Assembly: GCA_965649765.1 (NCBI GenBank)
Contig: OZ287751.1
Span: 68,882,001 to 68,946,000 of the forward strand
From: Bispira polyomma
Taxonomy: Eukaryota
DNA: 64,000 nt
Direction of reading: 5' to 3'
Made by a program: the position numbers and the translations under genes. Position 1 is the stretch's first letter, and each line of letters starts with the position of its first letter. Of this stretch, positions 12,273-23,383 are shown in pieces. The notes beneath the pieces are model-generated. The model was not told the origin of the DNA. It saw only the letters and a list, made by a program, of their open reading frames with translations, and did not search any database.

Positions 12273-15200
12273 TCCCTCTCTACATAAAACATTCTAATAC
12301 ACATTCCCTGCCCTATTCCTTAGATAGAGAGGGGGGGACTGAGCGATGGGGGGGGGAGCAAGTATTGATCTTCCCAAATCGTGAATACGAAGCTCGGAAT
12401 GATTCATCTTAAGCTCCCGCTCCGTTCTCTACACCCCTTTTAGAGAAGCCCCCCCCTCTGTAACCTCCCCCCCCCCCCCTCATCTTGGTCCCAAACTGTT
12501 GCTCGGTTTGTTTTATTACTCACTATACCCAGCCAGAGATGCCATCTCTTTGAGCTTATTGCTTTTGAGAGAATGAAATAGGAACATTTTTTTTAACTAC
12601 TAAATTCCTCTCGGTAGATTATATGGCTTTTGATACATATGAAATTTTTGACAAATGAGGAGTTTCGCTTTTTCTTTTGCTCTTTTTTTAACAGCCCTTT
12701 GTAAATAAAAGAAACATGAAAAAACTCAAACGACTCACATATTATAAGCAAGGCGAACTACACTTGCAAATTTACTGAAAATTTTCTCATTTCTGACGGA
12801 CAATCGTATATATCAATCTAAGAATGGTAAAGTACGGAGCCAATTAAGTCATAGAAAACTAAAAAACACCCAAGAATCAAGTAAAATTGCTTTTATTCAA
12901 GTAATACACGCACACTTTAAATCTTAACCATGTATTTCGTTTGCAAACTCGCTCTTTTCTAGTACTCATATCTTTGTAAATATGAGGGAGATTATCGCCA
13001 TTTCAAATAGGAGTGTAAAATACTGGATACTCTAGCCCATCTGTAGCCTTGTGTCGCAATTGTTACCAACGCAATAGTGTGAAGCAATCAAGGGTTTTTA
13101 AATAGCACCAGTATGGCTAGTCACAAATAAATTACCACCATATCATACAAAACAATCATATCAACATGCAATCGCATTGCTTCATATGTGCTTACATGTA
13201 ACATCTGTGACTTTTTGTGATTTTTGATTACATTAAAGCATTAAAGCTTTGCAAAACAGTGATATTTAGAATTATACAAAGCAGAACACTAATGTTTAAC
13301 AGTGAGGCATCATAAAAATTTATTCATTTTTTGCAAAGCTTGTGTTATAGATTCCAAAACTGTGATCGTCAGAGTAAAATTTTACTTGTCAAACTACAAA
13401 CTGCAAAACACTAGGACCTTAAAAATCATTATTTTAATTAACGTGTGTAATTTTTCAATTCAACTAAACTATAAGCTGAAACTCGACAATGGCGCATTCA
13501 TGGTAATTTGTCTATTTAATGCCGACTTCAACTAGATGTTATTTCATAGGCATCTACTATAACATAAGCCATATTATAAAATACTTTGTTACAAAATTAC
13601 TGACACGACAGAGCCAACAATAATGTTTACAATGAATATCTTGTGGTAAAAATAAATACATGTACATCACAAACCAGAAATTAGACCCAGGCTAAAACGT
13701 GAATGCTGGAAAACTATTTGATTTTGAAAAGGAAAGGATACTTCGGCATTAAGACCCAGTGCATTAATGACCGTCTTTGACATATATGTAAAAAATAACA
13801 CTCAATAATTTTAACAAGTAATATATAGTATCTGAAATTTGCTCTTTAAATACTGGACAATATTTAATATGCAACTTCTTTGTAAATTTTAACAAAATAT
13901 TTGTTGTATGGATTTTTCTTTGCAAAAGCATCAGTTGCGACTGCAACTAAGGCTGTTTTGAGTATTTCTAACTAGAAAAAAATTGTTTACTTGAAAAATC
14001 ATAGCTGTGTTATTATTATAGGTGAAAATTCAATAAGTATTCTCTCCTGGAATGAAATAAATGAAATCGATAGCAAGTTTAAAAGGAAAGCAATGTAGCA
14101 GTGAAACATCTGTCCTCTTTTTCTTTTTATACAATCACTCGTTTCAAGTCCACTACCTTATGATGCTACTCATGTCCACAAAGATATTGTTCACAAATCT
14201 CCCTACAGTTATTGGTTCTTGCCTTTGACTGCCTCTTAAATTGATTTTTTTTCTCTCTCTTAATTCCTGTGCCCTGGCACTCCCAAAAATATGTAGCGAC
14301 TTTAAGGTTGCCCCTTAATTTAAGTAATATTATCCACTTAGACTACATCATTTACCTGCTATATTTCGATGACCTTATTACTTCATCATGCACAAGACGC
14401 AATGTACAATTGTAGATTTTTAGCATGCCAACCAAGTGTTTTTGCACTAGAAGAAAATAATACATGAAAAATATGCATATACATGTGCATACCGAACCTG
14501 GCTTTTTTCAAAGGATTTTAGTAAAGTACAATCTTAAGCTCTGTCTTCAGTTCTCCTTCAATTAGTAGTGGGCTGTCTTTAGAACTAATCAAATACAAGC
14601 TCCACATCACCAAGGAAAGGGTACTTCAGCTACCCAAGCCCTCACAGACCCTTCATGTACCTTCCCCTTCCCCTCAATAATCAACAGACCCCCTCTTTCT
14701 CACACACAACCTACAGCTTTTCTGGATATCTTACACAAATTCTGGCTGGTGACTCTTTATTCCATAAAATAATACACTAACGCACTATAATATGTCATAT
14801 TAAAAATATTGGACGATATATAACATGCACATGTAATCAGTTATTCAAATAAAATGAAGAACATTCAATCAAAAGTTAAAAATTTAAAAAAAAATTTGAA
14901 TTAAGGTTAGAGAAACACAGCGGATTTGGTCATATTTATACAACCGCTAATCATGAATTTTATTGCCAATTTTCCTATTTGCTATGCAATAAAACAATAT
15001 TAAAACTCAAGACCTTGTCAATAATTTTTAATTGCCTTTTTGTATGATTTCCCCATCATATAATTTTCAAAGTGATTTTATGTAATAAACACACTCGCTT
15101 TTATCTTTAAATCAAGACCATGGATATTTATAATTGTAAACAGCATGCCATAGTCCAGTTTTACACTCATGATCTTTAGTTGCGAGTACTTTAAACTTTA

Positions 15201-15332
15201 TTTTATATAGTTTAACCTCTTTAGGTAGAACTCTGTTAATTTGATTTCCCTGTTATGTAGACAGAAAAAAATGTATTCCCACAAAGGTCTTTCCTTTTAA
15301 AATTTACCTTGTTAAATGAAACTCCTGCTTTA

Positions 15333-15516
15333 AGGGCTTTACAGACAGTCCACGACACAGCACGACATTTTAAAGATTTCTCCAAGGCCAATTGCAGTGC
15401 CATGCTGTGCAGTGTAGTGCTGGGAGCAGTCTGAATGAACAATATACAGTATATTGTCTTATTATAAGTTTCTATTTTTATGTTGGTGTCGTGTCGTGGG
15501 AGGTCTGTAAAGCCCT
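15333..15516. mobile_element. PIF/Harbinger-like MITE with perfect TTA target duplication, nested in a family B MITE
   Basis: TTA|AGGGCTTTACAGAC...CCACGACAC ... GTGTCGTGG...GTCTGTAAAGCCCT|TTA. Confidence 0.8.
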
Positions 15517-18500
15517 TTAGTAGAGTTTTCTTCTTTTTTTTTTGTCCCTTGAGATTTTACTTAAAGCAGATCCACCTAAATTGTGCAAAACTAATATGAT
15601 ATATTACCAATAATATGACAAAAGAAAGACTCATTTCTGAACTGGACATCATACACACCCAATACAACCTCTTTTATCCAAACTTTTAGCATCCACATTT
15701 TTATTAAAAATTTATTAGGCTTAAAACCCACCATACTTGCATTCTCATAAAGGCATAGGCGTTTGTTTAAAACTTACCAGATACATACATTAAGTGATGA
15801 TACCCTATAACGAGTCTTTTGTTAATGTGACGTCACACAATAGAAATCTATTGCTGTACACACTGCATATAAAAGCCATGCTGTACCCTTATTACGCAAT
15901 GCAGTCCCTTCGATTTCAACACAACGCAAGGTGATTGACACAACACAAACGTTTTATTGTATACACGCAAATGCTTACGCTTACGAAAATCTGGAAGGCC
16001 TACTATACACAGCATTATTCTCTGCCACACAAATTGCAACCAATTCTTGCAGTTGCTATGCAGTTCATTGACCAATCTCTTCATTACCAACACCCGCCTT
16101 ATAACACACAGACAACCCCCCCCCCCCCCCCCCCCCCCGCCCGTCACCAACCCACAGTGTCTCCTCTCCCCTATATTTAGAAGTCTACTACCCCACCCTA
16201 CCTTTGTGACTAAAAAGTCCAGTATTACCCACAAACCTACAATTACATGATGACAATAGTCACAACAGCAAAACACACATTCATTACACAGCAGACTTAG
16301 CCTTGCACAAGACGTGTGTCCACACAAACTCTCATTTCAGATACTATGGAAACCCCTTTAAGTCAAACCTCAAAGGACCAAGAACACAATAATACCTCTA
16401 GCTAAGCAGGATTTGTACTTACAAGAGTGAATTTTAAAAGAGAATCCTTTTGGGAGATTACTAATTGTTCTCGATATTACAGAGAAATTGACTGGAAAGA
16501 GTTCTACTTAAATGGGTTTGATTGTTTAACAAAAATAATTTTTGGCCAAATTACTTTTTTACAAGTACATTAAGGTGTTAGTAACTGTTAGTTAGTATAA
16601 CCTTCATCCCTCCTGTTCTATAATATGACAACCTTCTTTTATTAAGATTACATTTATTCAGGTAATTGTAGCCTTTCGCAGGGCTACCAAGAGACCAATT
16701 GCTAGTTGAAGCCATCTACGACTACTAGTAGCTTTTTAATCACACACACCACTACCCATAACCCCACCACCACAGGGCGGTGTAGATCCACCATCCTTGC
16801 TGTTCTATAATATGACAAGCTTCTTTTCCCTATCACACAGTCTCCCTCTATGCTTGTCGACCTTCTACAAGTAAATATAATCCCCTTTGATTTTGTTGTC
16901 CCTTCATTATATATGCAGTCTAGATCACCATTAGTTCTCAAGGTTAAAACTCACACTCATCTTAAACTATAAGGCTTTATGGGGGAAGTGTAATTAAAAC
17001 TATGAACAGTGTAACACATATATTTGTGGCACTATATAATTTTTAATTTATTTTCCAATATTGATCTCTAATATAAAGTCACAGGTTTTTTATGTACACT
17101 ATTTTCTGTATTATTTAGACATAAGCAGTGTGGGTTTTTGAGTTTGAGTTTATTCCTAGAGTATACCGGCTACCCTAGGAGCCTTTCATTCCTAGCATGC
17201 CCTCTCTATTAGGGTGTCTCCTGTCCTAATCATCTCAACCCAGCCTTAATTTAGGTAATGGTCAATTCCTGTCTCTTTTTGTTTTGTAGATAGATTTTTT
17301 GTTTTTAGGGGAGGTGGGGGTTTTTTGAGAAGCATAAGGACTAGCCGCCAATCATCCTTGCTTTCTCATACTCCCTGGTTTTTATGTCCCCTCCCCCTAT
17401 TATAGTCTCCTCCCCAGAAGTCGTTTACTCAGCAAATGGCTTCTGGTCACATGATGAACTTAAAGCTCACATTAGGTTTCAGATCACATCTGATTATTTC
17501 CACTCTCCAACTGACGGAGGGGTTTGCCCCTAAAACTCACCGCTGTGCTATATTTATCCTTACAGAGGCCGCACTGGCTGAAGAAACATGTCCTCGCTTC
17601 ACTTTTAGTATTCCCCTTAAATGCCTTAATGCCCCCATATGAAATAATTCATGCTCTCAGCATGTACCATCTAAAAATATCACTTTTACCCCACAGCGGG
17701 GAAAAACATATTGCAAAATTCAGTAGAATTCTATTATTAATAAAAATGCTGAAGATGATAGATTTATCACATTTTATGACACTTAAAACTACAACCCTTT
17801 GCAATATTTGAGCCGTCACAGATCTGTTCCTGCGCCATCGAGCTCCCCTCTCCTTCCAGCCTTTTCTCTTTATTGGATCAATGGGTCCAGCACTTCTAAT
17901 GTAATTTATGCCTCCAAATCAACACACCCACCCCGCCACACAAGCTTTCTCTTTCACTGGCTAAACTCTCACAATTTGCCAGGCTTGCACGGAAAGGAAT
18001 AGCACAAAATGGAGACCATATTAGGAAAAATAGTAGAGGTTTAAGGATGATTTTGTTTTGTTTTATTAATTTAGTTAAATTTTAAGTAGATTTTTTTAGT
18101 TGTCTATAATAAATAGCAAATGGTGGTGTAAAAATATTAAAGAAAGACTTGTTTGTAAATTGTAAAACAAAATATGAATTGAGCATGCTGAGTATAAAGC
18201 AGGAAAAAAGAAATCCAGTAGGACTTCATATTACTCTACGTACTGCAAAAGGTGAAAATATTGCTTAGTTAATGCTTACCTAAAATTTCACTAAATCACT
18301 ATTTTACTTATCTTAATAATTAAGTTGGACTTATTCTAACTGTCGGTCAGATAATATAAATTCAACACTTGGGCTTAACTAATTTTTGAGTGCACAATTA
18401 AAAAAACAAAATCTTTCAACTCTATCTCGACAGTTTTGAACTCTGTTAAGATTTTTTTATGACAATACCATTAAAGGACATAAAAAAGTGAAAAGCAACA

Positions 18501-19064
18501 ACAAAATAAGACATCTAAAATGAAACCTCAACATGAAACAGATACAAACAAAATGACAAAGTGACGTGATAATGAAAATAAAAACTTAATGATAATGTGA
18601 TGTGACAGTTGATAATACAATATTTTTTATGAATAAAAAAGGAAGTGACAGTTCAGTTCAAAATTGGTACAAAAAAAAAAAGCTGGACAAATGCTAGGGT
18701 GTTTACTGTAATGATGACGGAATGGGGGGGAAACATTCTGACAGTGATAAAACAGGCTAAAAATCATCCTTCATGAGGTTATATATATAATTTTTTTTTT
18801 TTGTCTTTAAAACCAGAACCCCCATTACTACAACTGAATGCATTTACCAATTGATGGCTGTATTCTAACACAATCAAAAGTATTAGGGGGTGGGGTGGGG
18901 GTGGGGGGGGGGGTGTGACATGATAATTGGGCAAGGAGTCTGCTGGGGGTTTGACATGACTTTTACTGACTCATATTCAGACACCCTCTGAGGTTTCATA
19001 ACTGCATAGAAAAAAAAGTTAGGACCTCTGTAATAATAATCATAATAATAACTGAGGAGGGCAC

Positions 19065-19292
19065 TTGAGTTAAGTACATATACCTCCACCACCAGATGCC
19101 ACAGTCGCACCAAAAAAATAACCAGTTTATCGCTGTTTGGCCTCCGCCGCCTTGGGATGCGAGCTGAGTCTATCAAAATTTTATGGTGTCTTCCTCGGCC
19201 CATGCCCTAGCGATCCACCAAGTTTGTTTAAAATCAGGTGAGTAGTTTTTTCGTAATACTCGCGCATAAATAGACAGGTGCTAAAAACTAGT
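19065..19292. mobile_element. decayed HINE-like fragment
   Basis: CpG-rich piece CCTCGGCCATGCCCTAGCGATCCACCAAGTTTG ... AGGTGCTAAAAAC, resembling HINE cores and ends. Confidence 0.4.
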
Positions 19293-19546
19293 GGCAGTAA
19301 TAACAAGTTACAGGTTGGATTAAGGGAGTATGTGTACCACACAATTTAAGTGCATACGACAATTGTGAATTTTAAGTGACCATTTTAAGTGGTCATCCCA
19401 ATCACTATGCATCTACTTCACAGTACCTGGGAGTCTCTGACTGGGATTGAACACAGGTCATCTGTTTTTCAAAATCAAGTGTTTTATCTTCTAGGATACA
19501 GGGGCAGATTATTATTGTGAGTCACTGCAGTTAATAATAGTATTTA

Positions 19547-19636
19547 CAAACATTTTCAATAGCATTTAAACCCTCTATTGGCATTCAAGTCAAACATTTT
19601 CAATAGCATTTGAACCCTCTATTGGCATTCAAGTCA
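19547..19636. repeat. 44-bp tandem duplication
   Basis: CAAACATTTTCAATAGCATTT(A/G)AACCCTCTATTGGCATTCAAGT occurs twice. Confidence 0.9.
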
Positions 19637-20443
19637 GACATCCAGTTCACCAACAGTTATAAAGAGAGAACTACAGTATACTGAGCAGAATGCAATATTC
19701 ATGCAAATAGTAAAAGTCAATCATAAAATTATTAGAAAAAAACTTTGAAAAGTCTTAAACAACAATAAAAACTATTTTTTTCTTGCGTATCATCATATAC
19801 AGAAAAAATATCATGCATTTTATACAGGCAAAGCACAGGAACAGAACAACTCTTTTTTTTTTACAACATTTCACCCACAGAAACTAGAACCAAATGCCTT
19901 TGACTGCAATCACCTTTGCAAGAAGTTGGATCACCCATTTTGCGTTAAGTATCCTATCCAGGCATACGGCGGATAGAGTAAATGCCAAGTAAGTACTAAG
20001 TACCCATGGTATTCATTGCATCACATGACCATATTCTGTGTTCCAATGAAGGCATACACCTTCCAACTTGTCATACATACAATGCATAATGCAGCAGAGA
20101 TTCTATATTCCCTTTTTTTTGTTTGTGTTTTTTTGTTTTGTTTAAACATATTTTATTCACAATTATAACGGCAACAATCATACAAAGCCTTCTTGCAATG
20201 AGATATTTCCTATTGTATCGTAGTTTCCATCCATATTTTTTAATGCACCATTCTATACTACATATCTATCTATGAAGCCAGTTTAACATCATACACAAGG
20301 CGCCCATGTCCACTTGTCCAGTTAGTTTTTAATCCACTAAAACACTGATGTATATATACATGTATATATAGAGATGTTACTGTACACATTCCAGAAATAG
20401 AGAGATCATGCAATACACAGTAGTACGATGGCAGACAAGGCAA

Positions 20444-20528
20444 GACACGACAGCACTGATTTCAAATGGTGCTAGATCAAATGCATTCTGGGTAACTCTA
20501 GCGTCCACTTGAGACCAGTTTGTCGTCA
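20444..20528 (-). ncRNA. mir-29: pre-miRNA hairpin, mir-29 family (paralog 2, miR-29b/miR-285-like 3' end); mature 3p UAGCACCAUUUGAAAUCAGUGC at 20453-20474
   Basis: The minus strand reads GACGACAAACUGGUCUCAAGUGGACGCUAGAG-loop-UCUAGCACCAUUUGAAAUCAGUGCUGUCGU. The arms pair over about 30 bp, including the ACGACA/UGUCGU lower stem. The mature sequence differs by one base from Drosophila miR-285 (UAGCACCAUUCGAAAUCAGUGC). A CNNC motif (CUGC) lies about 19 nt downstream. Confidence 0.95.
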
Positions 20529-21225
20529 AGCAAGGTCGTCACTACGGTAACTATATAGTTGTCATGCATTACATGTTGAGTACAATATACACTACGTCAC
20601 AAAAAGAACCACCACAACACATGATTCAGAGTCCTGGTTCGTGGTAATATAAAGCAATAATTATGCACCGGATAGAAGCTTTAAAAATCCATCTTGTATC
20701 CAAAACCGAGCATTCTTGTACCCCATGTTAAAGATCTTTTTTTTTCTGTCCTGTGATGCCACTTGGTAAAATATATCCAGATATATGTCTTTCATGTATT
20801 TGTTTGTATATATGATAAAAATAACATTTACTACTGGTAAAGTTAAAGTCCGAAACATTAAAACAGACTAAACAGTAGCCTAATTTTCCAAATTTCTTTT
20901 GCAATCTTTGACGTTGAAGCAAGGAAATATTTAGCTAAGATCTGCATTTTAATGACAATACAAGATGTATGCCAGTATTTCATTGGCTAAATGATGATAT
21001 GGCTGCAATTAGTGCAATACCTTTTAAATTGATTCATACATGTTTTCTGTTTCTAATTCAATAAATGTCGACACTTCTGCTCTGAGCCGTCCTAATACTA
21101 GCCTTTGATGCCCCTCAATCTTCCAGATTTTTGGCTGTGTAGTAGCTTTCTACCACCAAACTAAAGCATAGAATTCAGCTGACCACTGACCCATTACTGA
21201 AAACCTAAATCGCACAGTCTTTTAA

Positions 21226-21515
21226 AGCCTAGGCTTCCATGTCGCCGATTTCAACGTCGGACGATTAATGGCGTTTCTATGTAGCCAAATAAAAATTTTT
21301 TTTTGTGCATCACGTCTCACCAGAATCATGTTATAATAATTACCTATTGCACAAAAACACCTAAAATTTCTCCCTGTGCCCAAAAAAAATCTGAAGCATC
21401 TGCCGACATCTGATCTTCATCTAATACATGGAAATGAATACACTGTACGTATTAGGGTAAAAAAAATCGGCCGATGTCCACGAATATATATATCTGATAC
21501 ATGGAAGCATAGGCT
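21226..21515. mobile_element. Harbinger-like TIR MITE (a related decayed copy may lie at about 3202-3663)
   Basis: Terminal inverted repeats AGCCTAGGCTTCCATGT ... ACATGGAAGCATAGGCT, with TAA/TAC flanks. Confidence 0.65.
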
Positions 21516-22181
21516 TACCATTTAAAGTTTAATGCCGTTTTAAACCACAAAAAGAGACATATTTATTGTGTATCAACCCCTTACAACCAGGAGGATATAA
21601 TACAAAATAATCATCAAACATTGAACTGATCAATTAAGAGTGGACAAAGTAAGATATTCTAATGCTCAGAGGAAGTATTCCACTACCTAAGTCTCTGGAT
21701 TTTACTGACTTGCTCCTTTAAAGAAGCCTCTAAAAATTGATTTTCAGAAGCACTTTAAGCTTTTCTATTTTCTAATATCGTCATGAATATAATTAATACA
21801 TTACAACCCACAGTAAAAGCCAACTGGTTTATACTGACACACATTCACTGGAAGACATTTTAATCTGCAACTGCCTGGCCTCTAAATACTAGCAATTATA
21901 TGATTTAATATAAATTACAATTTGATATATAAAAATGGGACACTATGAATTGTGTAGCACCATTTATTACCAACAGTTTGCTTAAGATAAAGAAAAAACA
22001 CACTAACTGATATTTACTATGATCAACACTATATTACTATATTGCTTAATATCTACACACTACTCCCATTACACCCCACACAGCAACTCACAAACACAAC
22101 AAAAAGGGTATGTACTGAATATAAAAGAAAAGAAGTCACTATAAAGCAGAGTTTCATAAGTAAACAATAACAGTCATTTAC

Positions 22182-22620
22182 CTTAAGGTCACATATTCCC
22201 CTGTTCTTTTTTCCAAATTATAAACTTTGCCGCCATGTCACCACTGCCCACATCTCTAGATAGGAAACCACGTAACAGGCCCGAATATTTTTAAAAAAAA
22301 CGATTCACAAAAAAAAAAAAAAAAAATGCCATTACATAAAAATCAGCTATTACAGCAGCTCAACCACTGCAATATCGTAATTCTTTCTTCCCCCTCGTAC
22401 ACACACACTGCACTGCAACTGCACACTGCGAAATGATGTCTAACTGCGGCATGTGGAGTCATTCTCGCTGCTTTTTGCTCCCGCAGATATCTGCCCTCCC
22501 CAACCCTCCCTCCCATCTCCCTACCATAGGCAGTGTAGTGTGTGTCTGGGGGGGGGGGGAAATCAATATTTCTTTCTGTGTGAGCCAAAGCTCTCACTTC
22601 CATATTTAGCCAAAACCATC
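22182..22620 (-). promoter_or_regulatory. candidate promoter plus first (leader) exon upstream of mir-29 paralog 2
   Basis: Local GC/CpG-richer island (about 22350-22620) with G-tracts and UG repeats. Donor AAG|GTAAAT at 22182/22181. No obvious upstream acceptor. Contains two short closed ORFs and lies 1.65 kb upstream of the hairpin. The TSS is not defined. Confidence 0.35.
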
Positions 22621-23383
22621 TCTACTGCTTAAACTGACACACAGCAAAAAAACCAAACCCACTATTCGCAAGCACAATTGTCAAGTAAATGTTCCTGCAG
22701 TAGAATCAAATTCCTGGCAGTAACTATACATATAATAATGAACACGCAAAACTGAAAGAATAAATTAATTGATATTTTTTTTAAGAGATTCTTACGGTGG
22801 GTAAAACCTTTTCTTTCATTTGGCACATGCTATGAATACTACTGCTATAAAAGTCAAACATAAGGGCAGCACTTAAAGGTAGAAATATTCTCTTAGCTGC
22901 ACACACACACATAGTCCTTTAAGTTGGGATACTGTGCTATATTTGCCAAGCACCAAGTAAACATACACATTGATAATCAATAACCTTCTTCCCTGACAGG
23001 CTTTTGTATTTGTATTTTTTTTTTTTTTTTTTTTTTAAAGAGAAGCTCAGGAATGCAGAGAAAATACAGTTTTATAACTTGTCAGCTGTTTAGTTTCTAT
23101 AGCAAAAATATGTTCACGCATTTGTTTTCCACAAAAGCAACCCCAAAAAGGTAGAATTGGGTGTTTTTCTTCAGTTTTTCCCCTTGAATGTCTACTAAGG
23201 CATTGTGTGAGATAAAACTATCAGTCAAAGATCTTTTAATTAGACCAGATGCTAACAATAAGTAAGAGTGTTGGGCAGCTGTGAATGTGTAGTATTAAAT
23301 AAAAAAGATTTCAATGCGAGCTCCACGGTATATATGGCTTATCACTAATTAAGGTTTCTTTTTCTATTTATTTTAAATACTAA

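Noticed and set aside
15848-16327. Longest ORF in the track (159 aa) and overlapping poly-Pro/poly-Gly ORFs
   Set aside because: Non-ATG start, low-complexity CA-rich DNA with a poly-C run, no convincing splice sites and no recognisable domain.
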